Assembly (NCBI GenBank): GCA_964654465.1
Contig: CAZZIO010000040.1
Coordinates: 128,001 to 192,000, forward strand
DNA: 64,000 nucleotides
DNA from: an uncultured Dictyoglomota bacterium
GTDB taxonomy: Bacteria; Dictyoglomota; Dictyoglomia; Dictyoglomales; Dictyoglomaceae
Reading direction: 5' to 3'
Each line of letters starts with the position of its first letter. Position 1 is the stretch's first letter. Of the stretch, positions 1 through 10,617 are shown one piece after another. The notes beneath the pieces are model-generated. The model saw only the letters and a program-made list of their open reading frames with translations, was not told the DNA's origin and did not search any database. A program made the translations under genes and the position numbers.

Positions 1-2172
1 AAGACATTAAAAAGTTATAAAGAAGATGGTTGGGAAATTTACATTTCCTCTGAACATGAAGATATATTAAAAATACGCTTAAAAAACATAGATTTGAAAT
101 ATTTAAGAGGAGAAAAAATAAAAGAAGGCTTTTTATGGGAAAATGAAAAAATATTGGTATTAACAGATTATGAAATTTTTGGAAAGAGAAGAAAAAGAAA
201 AGTTATAAAAACAGAAAAAGGCTTAAAACCTAAAGATTTATCATTATTAAAAGATGGGGATTATGTAGTACATGTTAATTATGGTATAGGTATATTTAGA
301 GGTCTCAAGAAACTAAAAATAGAAGGAATCGAGAATGAATTCATAACTATAGAATATGCAGATAAAAGCTATTTATATGTACCTTTGGAAGAGATGCATC
401 TTATTCAAAGGTATATATCATCTTCTCAAACTCCTCCTCAGATAAGCAAACTTGGTACGAAACAATGGGAGGAAACTAAAAGAAAAGTCAAAGAATCAGC
501 TAAAGAAATTGCTGAAGAATTGTTAAAAATATATGCTCAAAGGGAAATTTCTCAAGGTTTTGCCTTTTCTAAAGATAATTTTCTACAAAAAGAACTGGAA
601 GCAAGTTTCCCTTATATTGAAACCGAAGATCAAATTAAAGCCCTAAACGAAATCAAAAAGGATATGGAATCGAACAAACCTATGGAAAGAGTACTTATTG
701 GAGATGTGGGTTTTGGAAAAACAGAGCTTGCTTTAAGAGCAAGTTTTAAAGCAGTATTAGATGGAAAACAAGTGGCTATTCTTGTACCCACTACTATTTT
801 AGCATTTCAGCATTGGAGAGTTTTTAAAGAAAGACTTGAAGTTTTTCCCGTGAATATTGAGATTTTAAGCAGATTAAAACCAAAATCGGAACAAAAAAGA
901 ATTTTGGAAAAAATTAAAAAAGGAGAAATAGATATTATTATAGGAACCCATAGAATCCTTCAAAAGGATGTTCAATTTAGAGATTTAGGACTTATCATAG
1001 TAGATGAAGAACATAGATTTGGAGTATTGCAAAAAGAACATTTTAAAAAGAAATACCCCAATGTAGACATTCTCTATCTTTCTGCAACTCCTATTCCTCG
1101 CACCCTTTCTATGATTCTTTCAGGAATAAGGCAATTTTCTATTTTAGAAACACCACCTGAAAACCGATTACCTATACAAACTTTTGTATTAGAATATAAT
1201 CCTCAAATCATCCAAGAAGGGATAAGAAGAGAATTAGAAAGAGGAGGTCAAGTATATTATGTCTGCAATGATATTCCAAAACTTGAAAAAATAAGAGAAT
1301 TTCTTACTCAATTAGTTCCAGAGGCCTCTTATGGTATCATTCATGGTCAAATGGCAGATGAAAAGATTACGGAAATAATGAATGATTTTTACAACGGAAA
1401 AATAGATGTGCTTATAGCTACCACAATAATCGAATCAGGAATAGATGTACCTAACGCCAATACACTTTTTGTAGAAAATGCAGAACACATGGGTCTTGCC
1501 CAGTTGTATCAACTTAGAGGTCGCATTGGACGGTCAGATAGGCAAGCTTATGCTTATTTTCTCCATGCTCCAATTAAAAAACTATCTGAAGAAAGTATAA
1601 AAAGATTGGAAGCATTAAAAGAATTTTCAAGTTTGGGGTCTGGCTTAAGACTTGCATTGCGTGATTTAGAGATAAGAGGAGCAGGTAAAATATTAGGCAA
1701 AGAACAACATGGACATATTGACTCGGTAGGATTCTACCTCTACCTACAACTTTTAGAAGAGGCCATTAAAGAATTAAAATCACAAGAAAAAGAAGAGAAA
1801 GAAAAAAATTGTAAGATAATACATCCCTTCTCTATTTCTATACCAGAAGACTATATAACCTCAAGCAGTGATCGTATCTACTATTATCAGAAACTTGCTC
1901 ACTTAAAATCCCTTTCAGAATTAGATGATATTAAGAGGGAGATGGAAGATATCTATGGACCAATTCCTGAAAGTTTAAATAATCTCTTTTTGTTTTCTAA
2001 AATAAAATTCTTGGCAGAAAATATGAATATTGAAAAAATCGAAATCTCTACAAGATTAAAATTACACCCAAAAGATGGAAAAATTAAAGAGCTATCTCTT
2101 CCTCAAGGAACAATCACCAAAAAACTTGTATTTATTTATAATTTTCTAAAAGATCTCTCCAATATAAGATAA
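1..2172 (+). CDS. mfd: Transcription-repair coupling factor Mfd (5' end outside window)
   Basis: Frame is open from base 1 (the track's TTG at 94 is internal). CarD-like GDYVVHVNYGIG, Walker A GDVGFGKTE, DEEH box, SATPIPRTL, QLRGRIGR, RDLEIRGAG. Confidence 0.97.
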   Translation, partial: KTLKSYKEDGWEIYISSEHEDILKIRLKNIDLKYLRGEKIKEGFLWENEKILVLTDYEIFGKRRKRKVIKTEKGLKPKDLSLLKDGDYVVHVNYGIGIFRGLKKLKIEGIENEFITIEYADKSYLYVPLEEMHLIQRYISSSQTPPQISKLGTKQWEETKRKVKESAKEIAEELLKIYAQREISQGFAFSKDNFLQKELEASFPYIETEDQIKALNEIKKDMESNKPMERVLIGDVGFGKTELALRASFKAVLDGKQVAILVPTTILAFQHWRVFKERLEVFPVNIEILSRLKPKSEQKRILEKIKKGEIDIIIGTHRILQKDVQFRDLGLIIVDEEHRFGVLQKEHFKKKYPNVDILYLSATPIPRTLSMILSGIRQFSILETPPENRLPIQTFVLEYNPQIIQEGIRRELERGGQVYYVCNDIPKLEKIREFLTQLVPEASYGIIHGQMADEKITEIMNDFYNGKIDVLIATTIIESGIDVPNANTLFVENAEHMGLAQLYQLRGRIGRSDRQAYAYFLHAPIKKLSEESIKRLEALKEFSSLGSGLRLALRDLEIRGAGKILGKEQHGHIDSVGFYLYLQLLEEAIKELKSQEKEEKEKNCKIIHPFSISIPEDYITSSSDRIYYYQKLAHLKSLSELDDIKREMEDIYGPIPESLNNLFLFSKIKFLAENMNIEKIEISTRLKLHPKDGKIKELSLPQGTITKKLVFIYNFLKDLSNIR

Positions 2173-2177
2173 AATTG

Positions 2178-2186
2178 TGATATAAT
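2178..2186 (+). promoter_or_regulatory. Putative extended -10 promoter (TGnTATAAT) for prsA
   Basis: TGATATAAT about 50 nt upstream of the ATG; SD GAGGTG near 2225. Confidence 0.55.
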
Positions 2187-2237
2187 CGCAATCAGATTGC
2201 TTATAAAAAATCTTTACAGGATATGAGGTGAACAGCA

Positions 2238-3305
2238 ATGAAGGGTAATAGTGTTCTAAAAATCGTATTTCTTGTATTTATTGTTCTTTTTATATTAGGC
2301 GGTGCTTTTGTTGCCTTTGTTTATCATCAGATGAAAAACTATCCCGTAATCAAAGTAAACAATATCCCCATAAGCAGACAGGAATACAAGGACAGATTAA
2401 ATTTTATGAAAACCCAATATGCCATATTATACAATATTGATTTTACAACAACCGATGGACAGAAACTCTTAAGTAAGGTAAAAGAAGAAACTATAAAAGA
2501 TTTAGCTCGTTGGAAGATATTACAAGAAGAGGCTAAAAAAAGAGGGATTAGTCTCTCCAACCAAGAGGTAGAACAGAGATTAAAAGAGATAGAAAAGGAA
2601 TTTCCAAATACTCTTCAATTTGAGATGGCTCTTGCCCAATACGGTTTAGATAGAAATACATTTAAAGAGGAATTAAAGAAAAATCTCCTTTATAGAAAAT
2701 TGATGAATGAAATTGGTAAGGATGAAAAAGTTTCAGAGGATGAAATTAAAAAATATTATAATGAAAACATAAAACTTTTTGAACATCCCAAAGAATATAA
2801 AGTGCACTTGATACTTGTAAAAGATGAGAAAAAAGCAAACCAAATATATAACGATTTAGTAAATAATAAAATAACCTTTACTGAGGCAGCTAAAAAATAT
2901 TCTGAAGACACAACTACAAAGGACAAGGGTGGAGAATTAGGATTTGTTATAGAAGGAACATTACCAGAAGAAGTAGAAAAAGTAACAATAAAACTTCCAA
3001 TCAATCAAATAAGTAAACCTATTAAAACACAAGATGGTTATTATATTACTAAGGTTTCAGAAATTAAAGAGGCCTATACAACACCATATTTCCAAGCAAA
3101 AGCAGAAATTGAAGAAAAACTTCTTACTGATAAAAGAGGCAAAGTCATAAACAAATGGTTAGAAGATCAATTAAACAAAGCAAAAATTGAAAAAGATTTT
3201 TCAGACAAAGATCTCTGGATAGTAATATGGAGAAAGTTAATAGAGATACAACAGTTTTTCTATAGAAAAGAGGCAAAAACACCTCTTCCAAAAACAGATG
3301 AATAG
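2238..3305 (+). CDS. prsA: PrsA/SurA-family parvulin peptidyl-prolyl isomerase with N-terminal membrane anchor
   Basis: N-terminal hydrophobic helix, SurA-N-like region, rotamase motifs VHLILV, FTEAAKKYSED, KGGELG, ISKPIKTQDGYYI; follows mfd as in Firmicutes. Confidence 0.85.
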   Translation: MKGNSVLKIVFLVFIVLFILGGAFVAFVYHQMKNYPVIKVNNIPISRQEYKDRLNFMKTQYAILYNIDFTTTDGQKLLSKVKEETIKDLARWKILQEEAKKRGISLSNQEVEQRLKEIEKEFPNTLQFEMALAQYGLDRNTFKEELKKNLLYRKLMNEIGKDEKVSEDEIKKYYNENIKLFEHPKEYKVHLILVKDEKKANQIYNDLVNNKITFTEAAKKYSEDTTTKDKGGELGFVIEGTLPEEVEKVTIKLPINQISKPIKTQDGYYITKVSEIKEAYTTPYFQAKAEIEEKLLTDKRGKVINKWLEDQLNKAKIEKDFSDKDLWIVIWRKLIEIQQFFYRKEAKTPLPKTDE

Positions 3306-3381
3306 GATTTTTATGAGTTTATAGAACATAGGTAAAATCTTATTCAGAAACATTCAAGATAGAAAAATTTAGCTTGAATAC

Positions 3382-3409
3382 TTGCTTTTTTTCAAGTTGG
3401 TGCTATAAT
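3382..3409 (+). promoter_or_regulatory. Putative sigma70 promoter for mazG-hup
   Basis: TTGCTT-16nt-TATAAT with an extended TG (TGCTATAAT). Confidence 0.6.
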
Positions 3410-3449
3410 CTTAGTGAAAATCAAATTTTTACAGATAAGAAGAAAGGCG

Positions 3450-4226
3450 ATGAATAGAAAAGAGGATATATGTAAAGAATTTATAGAATTATATAATGTT
3501 GTTGAGAGGGTAAGAAAGGAATGCCCATGGGATCAAAAACAAACCCCTCAGTCATTGATTCCTTATCTATTAGAGGAGACCTATGAATTGATTGAAGGGT
3601 TAGAAGAAAATAATTCTGAGAAGATAAAAGAAGAGTTAGGAGATGTACTATTACATATCCTTATGCAAAGCGTTATGGGAGAGGAAGAAAAAAAATTTAG
3701 TTTTGCAGAAGTATGTAAAAATTTAAGAACCAAGTTAATAATAAGACATCCTCATGTTTTTGGAAATGTGGAAGTTAATGGAGTAAAAGATATTTTAACA
3801 AATTGGGAAAAAATTAAAAGTCAAGAAAAAGAAGAAAAAGGTATATTAAGTGGTGTACCATTGAACATGCCATCCCTTTTATCTGCCTTTAGAATTCAAG
3901 AAAAGGCTTCTCATGTAGGATTTGATTGGGAAAAGACTGAAGATATATTACCAAAACTAAAAGAGGAATTTAAAGAATTAGAAGAAACAATCACTAACAA
4001 GAATAAAGAAAAAATAGAAGAAGAAATTGGAGATATCCTTTTCACTATAGTAAATATATCGCGTCATTTAAACATAGAACCCGAAGAAGCATTACGCAAA
4101 ACTAACAAGAAATTTATTAAAAGATTTGAGTTTATAGAGAAAAAGATAAAAGAGTTAGGAAAAGATTGGAAAAATCTTACCTTAAAAGAATTAAATGAAC
4201 TTTGGGAACTTTCGAAAACTTCATAG
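3450..4226 (+). CDS. mazG: Nucleoside triphosphate pyrophosphohydrolase MazG (tandem domain)
   Basis: CPWDQKQT, EELGDVL, RHPHVFG, GFDW, EEEIGDILF. ATG 3450 preferred over GTG 3414 because it lies further downstream of the promoter and has an AAGG SD. Confidence 0.95.
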   Translation: MNRKEDICKEFIELYNVVERVRKECPWDQKQTPQSLIPYLLEETYELIEGLEENNSEKIKEELGDVLLHILMQSVMGEEEKKFSFAEVCKNLRTKLIIRHPHVFGNVEVNGVKDILTNWEKIKSQEKEEKGILSGVPLNMPSLLSAFRIQEKASHVGFDWEKTEDILPKLKEEFKELEETITNKNKEKIEEEIGDILFTIVNISRHLNIEPEEALRKTNKKFIKRFEFIEKKIKELGKDWKNLTLKELNELWELSKTS

Positions 4227-4266
4227 ACTTATGATATAAATCCATTAAGAAAGGGGGTGAATAAGG

Positions 4267-4542
4267 ATGAAAAAGGCCGATTTCATCGCAAAGGTAGCAG
4301 AGAAGGCAAAAATCACAAAGAAAGAGGCAACTAAAGTAGTAAATGCTGTATTAGAAACTATAACCGAAGCATTATCTAAGGGGGATACAGTTCAATTTGT
4401 AGGATTTGGTACTTTCTCTGTAAGAAAGAGAGCAGCTAGAGAGGGAAGAAACCCTCGTACACAACAACCAATTAAAATACCAGCAACAAAAGTTCCTGTA
4501 TTCCGTCCCGGAAAAGAGCTTCGCGAAGCAGTAAAGAAATAA
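4267..4542 (+). CDS. hup: Histone-like DNA-binding protein HU
   Basis: VQFVGFGTFSVRKRAAREGRNPRT...IPATKVPVFRPGKELREAV. Confidence 0.97.
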   Translation: MKKADFIAKVAEKAKITKKEATKVVNAVLETITEALSKGDTVQFVGFGTFSVRKRAAREGRNPRTQQPIKIPATKVPVFRPGKELREAVKK

Positions 4543-4547
4543 ATCTA

Positions 4548-4590
4548 AAGTCCCAGGCTGGCTAATTCCAGCCTGGGACTTATTATTTTT
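4548..4590 (+). terminator. Intrinsic terminator or stabilising hairpin after hup
   Basis: 14-bp perfect stem AAGTCCCAGGCTGG/CCAGCCTGGGACTT, 6-nt loop, followed by ATTATTTTT. Confidence 0.8.
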
Positions 4591-4602
4591 AGGAGTGAAA
4601 AA

Positions 4603-5700
4603 ATGGCAAAGAGGCTATTTTTAGAGGATGAGCATAAAAAATTAAAGGCTAAGTTTTTTGAGTTTGCAAATTGGTGGATGCCCTTAGAATATGTAGGAAC
4701 AGTAAAAGAACACCTTGCTGTAAGATATGAAGTAGGAATTTTTGATATATCCCACATGGGAAGAATTGTAGTTAATGGCAAAAACTCTAAAGACCTCCTT
4801 CAATATACAACTTCTAACGACATTAATAAATTACACCCAGGAAAGGCTCAGTATTCTTTAGTTTTAACCCCTCAAGGGACAATTATGGATGATATTCTCG
4901 TATATATGATTTCAGAAGAAGAATTTCTATTAATAGTAAATGCTATTAATACAGAGAAAATATTTAATTGGCTATTAGAAAATAATAAAAAGTTTAATGT
5001 CTATATTGAAGATATAACCTTTCAAACAAATCTATTAGCTATTCAGGGACCAGAAGCTGAGAAAATTGTTCAAAAATATACAAATTATCCTCTAAATAAT
5101 ATTCCATATTATTATTTTGTAAAGGACAAAATAATAAATAAAAATGTTATAATATCAAGAACTGGATATACAGGAGAAGACGGTTTTGAGATTGTTGTAT
5201 CTATAGAGGATGTGAAAGAAATTTTTAACATCTTTATACAAGAAGAAAAAATAACACTTTGCGGGCTTGGAGCAAGGGATACCTTAAGGTTAGAAATGGG
5301 GTATCCCTTATATGGTCATGAATTAGATGAAAACACAACCCCTTGGGAAGCAAATTTAGGATGGGTTGTAAAGTTGGAAAAAGGTGAATTTATTGGAAAG
5401 GATGCTTTGATTGATAAAAGAGATAAAAAAACAAAAACCCTAAATGGATTTGAGCTTTTGGAAAATGGTATTCCGAGAGCAGGATATGAAGTCTATAGTT
5501 ATGAAGAAAAAATAGGTTATGTGACAAGTGGAAATTATTCCCCTATATTGAAACGAGGAATTGGATTATTATATAATAATTCAACTCATGAAGAAGTAAG
5601 AATTAAAGCAAGAGATAAATTTTTAAAAGCTAAAATTGTCAAGCCCCCCTTTGTTAAGAATACATCTATAAAGAAAGGAGAGAAGAAAAATGTATCCTGA
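4603..5700 (+). CDS. gcvT: Glycine cleavage system T protein (aminomethyltransferase)
   Basis: [43 protein letters not shown]. Confidence 0.97.
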   Translation: MAKRLFLEDEHKKLKAKFFEFANWWMPLEYVGTVKEHLAVRYEVGIFDISHMGRIVVNGKNSKDLLQYTTSNDINKLHPGKAQYSLVLTPQGTIMDDILVYMISEEEFLLIVNAINTEKIFNWLLENNKKFNVYIEDITFQTNLLAIQGPEAEKIVQKYTNYPLNNIPYYYFVKDKIINKNVIISRTGYTGEDGFEIVVSIEDVKEIFNIFIQEEKITLCGLGARDTLRLEMGYPLYGHELDENTTPWEANLGWVVKLEKGEFIGKDALIDKRDKKTKTLNGFELLENGIPRAGYEVYSYEEKIGYVTSGNYSPILKRGIGLLYNNSTHEEVRIKARDKFLKAKIVKPPFVKNTSIKKGEKKNVS

Positions 5701-6067
5701 AAATCTTAAATATTCAAAAGAACATGAATGGGTAAAATTAGAAGGAAATATTGCAATTGTTGGTATCTCTTTTTATGCTCAAGAAGAACTTGGTGATATT
5801 GTTTACGTAGATCTACCAGAAATAGGTAAAACTGTAAAACAAAATGATGTATTAGCTGTAATTGAATCTGTAAAATCTGCTTCCGATGTATATTCACCCA
5901 TATCAGGTAAGGTAATAGAAGTAAATGAAAAACTTAAAGAAAAACCAGAAATAATAAATGAAGATCCCTACAATGACGGCTGGATCGCAAAATTGGAAAT
6001 TAGTGATCCTAAGGAATTAGACACACTAATGAATGCAGAGGAGTATAAAAAATTTATAGGAGCTTAA
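5690..6067 (+). CDS. gcvH: Glycine cleavage system H protein
   Basis: [19 protein letters not shown], lipoyl-lysine motif [16 protein letters not shown]. Confidence 0.97.
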   Translation: MYPENLKYSKEHEWVKLEGNIAIVGISFYAQEELGDIVYVDLPEIGKTVKQNDVLAVIESVKSASDVYSPISGKVIEVNEKLKEKPEIINEDPYNDGWIAKLEISDPKELDTLMNAEEYKKFIGA

Positions 6068-6069
6068 AT

Positions 6070-7428
6070 ATGGCTTATATCCCCCATACTTCAAAAGAAA
6101 TTTTAGAGATGCTAAAAGCCATAGGAGTAAGTAGTACTGAGGAGTTATTCAACGATATACCAGATGATATTAAGAAAAAAGCGAAAGAGAATTTTATTTT
6201 GCCTCCCCCAATATCAGAAATAGATCTTATCAACGAGATACAAAATTTAGCTCAAAAAAATAAAGGCGAAAAATTTATATCCTTCTTAGGGGGTGGTGCT
6301 TATAAACACTATATACCCCCCTTTGTTAAAATAGTAGCTCAATTTCCCAACTTCTATACTTCCTATACTCCATATCAGCCTGAAATTAGTCAGGGAGTTT
6401 TACAATCCATATTTGAATATCAAAGTCTTATATGCGATCTTACTCAGATGGATGTAGCTAATGCTTCCCTTTATGAAGCAGGCTCAGGTATTTGTGAAGC
6501 AGTTCTCATGGGAGTAAGGATAAATGGTAAAAAGGAAGTTTTAGCATCCGAAGGGTTACATCCAGAATATTTAGAGACACTTTATACATATTTAGGGGCT
6601 CAAGAAATTAACATTGTAAAGATTCCACTTAATAAAAATGGTGAAACAGATATTGATTTTCTAAAAGAAAAAGTATCCAATAATACTTCCTCTGTAATTA
6701 TTCAAAACCCTAATTTTTTTGGAGTTATAGAAAAGGAATTAGAAGAAATAGAAAAAATAACCCACCAACATGATTCTTTACTAATACTTTCCATATATCC
6801 TATATCCTTAGGAATTTTAAAAGCTCCAGGAGAGTACAATGTGGATATTGTAGTCGGAGAAGGCCAATCCTTAGGTATACCATTAGGCTTTGGTGGGCCA
6901 TATTTAGGTATCTTGGCTACAAAAAGAGAATATATAAGGCAAATGCCTGGGAGAATTGTAGGAGAGACAAGGGATATAAATAATAAGAGAGGATTTGTAA
7001 ATACTCTTCAAACCCGTGAACAACATATAAGAAGAGCAAAAGCCACATCCAATATATGCACAAACGAAGCTCTCACAGCAATAATGGCTGCAGTATATAT
7101 GTCTCTTTTAGGCAAGAAGGGTATTAGAAAAATTGCCGAAATTTGTTTCTCTAGAACTCATTATTTAAAGGATTTTTTAACTAAAGAAGGTTTTGAATTA
7201 ACCTATCCTAATTCCTATAATTTTAACGAATTTGTTTTAAAAACTCCAATAGATAGTAATATAGTTATAGATGCACTCAAGAAAAAAAATATTATAGCAG
7301 GAATTCCTCTTAAAAGGTTCTATCCTGAAAGAGAAAAAGAAATCCTCATTGCAGTTACTGAGATGAATTCATTAGATGATATTAGCTTTTTAGTAACTTC
7401 TTTAAAGGAGGTCATATATAAAAATTGA
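6070..7428 (+). CDS. gcvPA: Glycine dehydrogenase (P protein) subunit 1
   Basis: [37 protein letters not shown]. Confidence 0.97.
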   Translation: MAYIPHTSKEILEMLKAIGVSSTEELFNDIPDDIKKKAKENFILPPPISEIDLINEIQNLAQKNKGEKFISFLGGGAYKHYIPPFVKIVAQFPNFYTSYTPYQPEISQGVLQSIFEYQSLICDLTQMDVANASLYEAGSGICEAVLMGVRINGKKEVLASEGLHPEYLETLYTYLGAQEINIVKIPLNKNGETDIDFLKEKVSNNTSSVIIQNPNFFGVIEKELEEIEKITHQHDSLLILSIYPISLGILKAPGEYNVDIVVGEGQSLGIPLGFGGPYLGILATKREYIRQMPGRIVGETRDINNKRGFVNTLQTREQHIRRAKATSNICTNEALTAIMAAVYMSLLGKKGIRKIAEICFSRTHYLKDFLTKEGFELTYPNSYNFNEFVLKTPIDSNIVIDALKKKNIIAGIPLKRFYPEREKEILIAVTEMNSLDDISFLVTSLKEVIYKN

Positions 7429-8867
7429 ATAAAGAAATACCTCTCCTAAAAGATTTACATGATAATAACAGACCTACAATCAATCTTCCAGATCCTTTAG
7501 AAGATTATCTTCCAGAGAGGATCTTACCTGAAAAATTAATAAGAAAAGACATACCTATTCCTCAAATAAGTGAGCCAGAAGTAGTGAGACATTTTACCAA
7601 TCTTTCTCAAAGAGGTTATGGGGTTGATACAGGTTTCTACCCTTTAGGTTCATGTACCATGAAATATAATCCCAAAATAAATGAAGAAATAGCAAGCTTT
7701 CCATCATTTGCTAATTTACATCCCTATACTCCAGAAGATTTATCCCAGGGAAGTTTAGAAATTATCTATAAACTTGGAGAATATCTATCTAATATAACAG
7801 GCATGGATAAATTTACTTTTCAACCTTCTGCAGGAGCTCATGGAGAACTTACAGCATTGTTAATTATTAAAGCATATTTTAAAGACAAAGGAGAGAAAAG
7901 AAAAATTGTATTAGCTCCAGATTCAGCCCATGGAACAAATCCTGCAAGTGCAACAATGGCAGGATTTGAAACTATAGAAATACCATCTGATGAAAGAGGA
8001 CTTGTAAATCCTAATATATTAGCAAAATATCTAAATAAAGATGTGGCTGTTTTAATGCTAACTAATCCAAACACTCTTGGTCTTTTTGAAAAAGATATAT
8101 TGAAGATTTCCCAAATGGTACATGAGACAGGAGCTCTTTTATATTATGATGGAGCAAATTTAAATGGTATCATGGGATATGCAAGACCTGGTGATATGGG
8201 ATTTGATGCTGTCCATATAAACCTTCATAAAACTTTTTCCACTCCCCATGGAGGTGGAGGCCCAGGAGCAGGTCCTGTAGGTGTAAAATCATTTTTAAAA
8301 GATTATTTACCAAAACCAACAGTAGAATTTGATGGAGAAAGGTATTATCTTAATTATGATATCAAAAAAAGTATAGGAAGAGTAAGAACGTTTTATGGAA
8401 ATTTTTTAGTACTTCTAAAAGCTTATTGCTATATTAGACTTCTTGGATCTGAAGGTTTGAAGAATGTTACCGAAATAGCTGTATTAAATGCCAATTATTT
8501 AAAAGAAAAATTAAAAGATCTTTTCCATCTACCTTACCCTGATCTCTGTAAGCATGAATTTGTTCTCTCTGGTAAAAAACAAAAAGAAAAAGGAATTAAA
8601 GTACTTGATATAGCTAAAAGACTACTTGATTATGGAGTACATTCTCCTACAATATATTTCCCTCTTATAGTAGAAGAAGCTTTAATGATTGAGCCTACAG
8701 AAACTGAAACCAAATATACCTTAGATCAATTTGTAGAAATTTTAAAAACTATTATTAAAGAGAGTGAGGAAAATCCTGATATATTAAAATCAGCCCCTCA
8801 TAATACACCTGTAGGTAGATTAGATGAAGTATATGCAGCTAAAATGCTAAAGGTAAACTGGAGATGA
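7425..8867 (+). CDS. gcvPB: Glycine dehydrogenase (P protein) subunit 2
   Basis: [23 protein letters not shown] lysine motif [21 protein letters not shown] start overlaps the gcvPA stop. Confidence 0.97.
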   Translation: MNKEIPLLKDLHDNNRPTINLPDPLEDYLPERILPEKLIRKDIPIPQISEPEVVRHFTNLSQRGYGVDTGFYPLGSCTMKYNPKINEEIASFPSFANLHPYTPEDLSQGSLEIIYKLGEYLSNITGMDKFTFQPSAGAHGELTALLIIKAYFKDKGEKRKIVLAPDSAHGTNPASATMAGFETIEIPSDERGLVNPNILAKYLNKDVAVLMLTNPNTLGLFEKDILKISQMVHETGALLYYDGANLNGIMGYARPGDMGFDAVHINLHKTFSTPHGGGGPGAGPVGVKSFLKDYLPKPTVEFDGERYYLNYDIKKSIGRVRTFYGNFLVLLKAYCYIRLLGSEGLKNVTEIAVLNANYLKEKLKDLFHLPYPDLCKHEFVLSGKKQKEKGIKVLDIAKRLLDYGVHSPTIYFPLIVEEALMIEPTETETKYTLDQFVEILKTIIKESEENPDILKSAPHNTPVGRLDEVYAAKMLKVNWR

Positions 8868-9667
8868 TATCAGTAAAACCTATTAGAACCCTTCCACTAA
8901 GTATCACAGGGGAATGGTGTGCTTTGCAATGTGATCATTGTAAGGCTCACTTTTTAAAAAATATGACAAATATAGATCATCTTTCAAAAAAGCTTGAGTT
9001 AAATTATTTTAAAAGTATTTTGGTTAGTGGCGGATATAATAAAAAAGGCTATCTTCCCCTCTCAAAATCCTCTATAAATCTTATGAAAAAATTAAAAGAA
9101 TCAGGATATAAACTAAACTTTCATATGGGTCTTATAGATGAAAAAACAATTAAACATTTAATATCACTACCAGATATGGTTTCATATGATTTGATGTTAG
9201 ATGACTTTGTTATTAAAAATATTTTTCATCTTAAGGATAAGAATAGTAACGATTTTAAAGAAGAATACTTTATGATAAAAGAATATTTTCCAATAAGTCC
9301 TCATATCTTAATGGGAGCTAATTATGGAAAGATAGAAAAAGAATATGAAGAAATAGATTTTTTATCTAAAGATCCTACTCCTGAGAAAATTATATTCATT
9401 GTGATTACTCCCATTCAAAACACGTCTTTCCAAGAAATATCTTTACCTTCTATAAAAGAAGTTGAAGAACTTTGGAATTATGCTAAGAAAAAATTACCTA
9501 ATACTAAGTTTTATCTTGGATGTGTACGCCCAAATGGTAATTATAGATATGAATTAGACTCTCTAGCCATAGACCTTAACTTTCATGCTATTGTTAATCC
9601 TCACCCTGAAGCTATAAAATCCCAGAATAATATAAAAATCTTTGAAGAATGCTGTGCCCTATTATGA
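8864..9667 (+). CDS. lipS1: Radical SAM protein, LipS1-like subunit of archaeal-type lipoyl synthase
   Basis: [14 protein letters not shown] (CX3CX2C), LVSGG, LGCVRP and C-terminal EECC; ATGA-coupled to gcvPB. Confidence 0.75.
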   Translation: MISVKPIRTLPLSITGEWCALQCDHCKAHFLKNMTNIDHLSKKLELNYFKSILVSGGYNKKGYLPLSKSSINLMKKLKESGYKLNFHMGLIDEKTIKHLISLPDMVSYDLMLDDFVIKNIFHLKDKNSNDFKEEYFMIKEYFPISPHILMGANYGKIEKEYEEIDFLSKDPTPEKIIFIVITPIQNTSFQEISLPSIKEVEELWNYAKKKLPNTKFYLGCVRPNGNYRYELDSLAIDLNFHAIVNPHPEAIKSQNNIKIFEECCALL

Positions 9668-10617
9668 GATTTGGAATTTCTTCAGGTAGTTTGGAAGTAC
9701 TTAAAAGAAAATATATAAAAGAAGATTCACCAACAACTTTATATCTTATGACACTACAAAAATGTCTCAATAATTGTGCCTTCTGCACTCAAGCAAGAGG
9801 AAGTCACGTTGATGTTTTTATGCTTTCAAGAATTACATGGCCTCTCATAGAAATAGAAGATTTAATAAACCTATTAGAGGAATATAATCCTTTTAAAAGA
9901 TTATGTTTTCAAGTGACAAATCATCTAAGTTGGGAAAAAGAATTAGTTGAAACTATAAAACTATTTAAAATCTTCAATTTACCTATTTCTATTTCTGCCC
10001 CCTTCAATAACATATCTCATATAGAAAAATTCTTCGAATTAGAAATTGATAGAATAAACATATCTATTGATGCGGTAGGAAAAGATCTTTTTAGAAAAAT
10101 AAAATATGGAGAATTTGAAGAAAGATTAGAGTTTATTAAAGAAGCAAGTATAAAGTTTCCTTCCCAAATCACATCTCATATAATTGTAGGATTAGGAGAA
10201 GAGGAAAAGGAGTTAGTTTACATTATAGATAAGTTATCAAAATGGAAGGTAACAGTAGCTTTATTTGCATTTACACCTTTAAGTGGAACTCGTCTTGAAA
10301 ACATGAACCCTCCTAATTATTACAAATACAGAAAAATACAACTTATCACTTTTCTTTTACAGAGAAATTTAATCTCTTTTGATGAATTGTCATTTGATAA
10401 AAATGACAATTTATTAATTACGGAGGATATTTTATCATTAGCAGAGCCTTTTTTTGAAATAATTTTTAAAACGACTGGATGCCCTAATTGCAATAGACCT
10501 TATTATAATGAAAGCCCAAGAATAGTACCTTATAACTTCCCAAGAAATTTAAAAGATATAGAGATTGAAGAGATAAAATATCTACTAAGAAATGGAAGGG
10601 CAAGAATTAATTTATAA
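9664..10617 (+). CDS. lipS2: Radical SAM protein, LipS2-like subunit of archaeal-type lipoyl synthase
   Basis: TTLYLM...CLNNCAFCTQAR, LSRITWP, HIIVGLGE, LFAFTP, TTGCPNCNRPYYNE; ATG 9664 overlaps the previous stop (ATGA). Confidence 0.78.
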   Translation: MRFGISSGSLEVLKRKYIKEDSPTTLYLMTLQKCLNNCAFCTQARGSHVDVFMLSRITWPLIEIEDLINLLEEYNPFKRLCFQVTNHLSWEKELVETIKLFKIFNLPISISAPFNNISHIEKFFELEIDRINISIDAVGKDLFRKIKYGEFEERLEFIKEASIKFPSQITSHIIVGLGEEEKELVYIIDKLSKWKVTVALFAFTPLSGTRLENMNPPNYYKYRKIQLITFLLQRNLISFDELSFDKNDNLLITEDILSLAEPFFEIIFKTTGCPNCNRPYYNESPRIVPYNFPRNLKDIEIEEIKYLLRNGRARINL

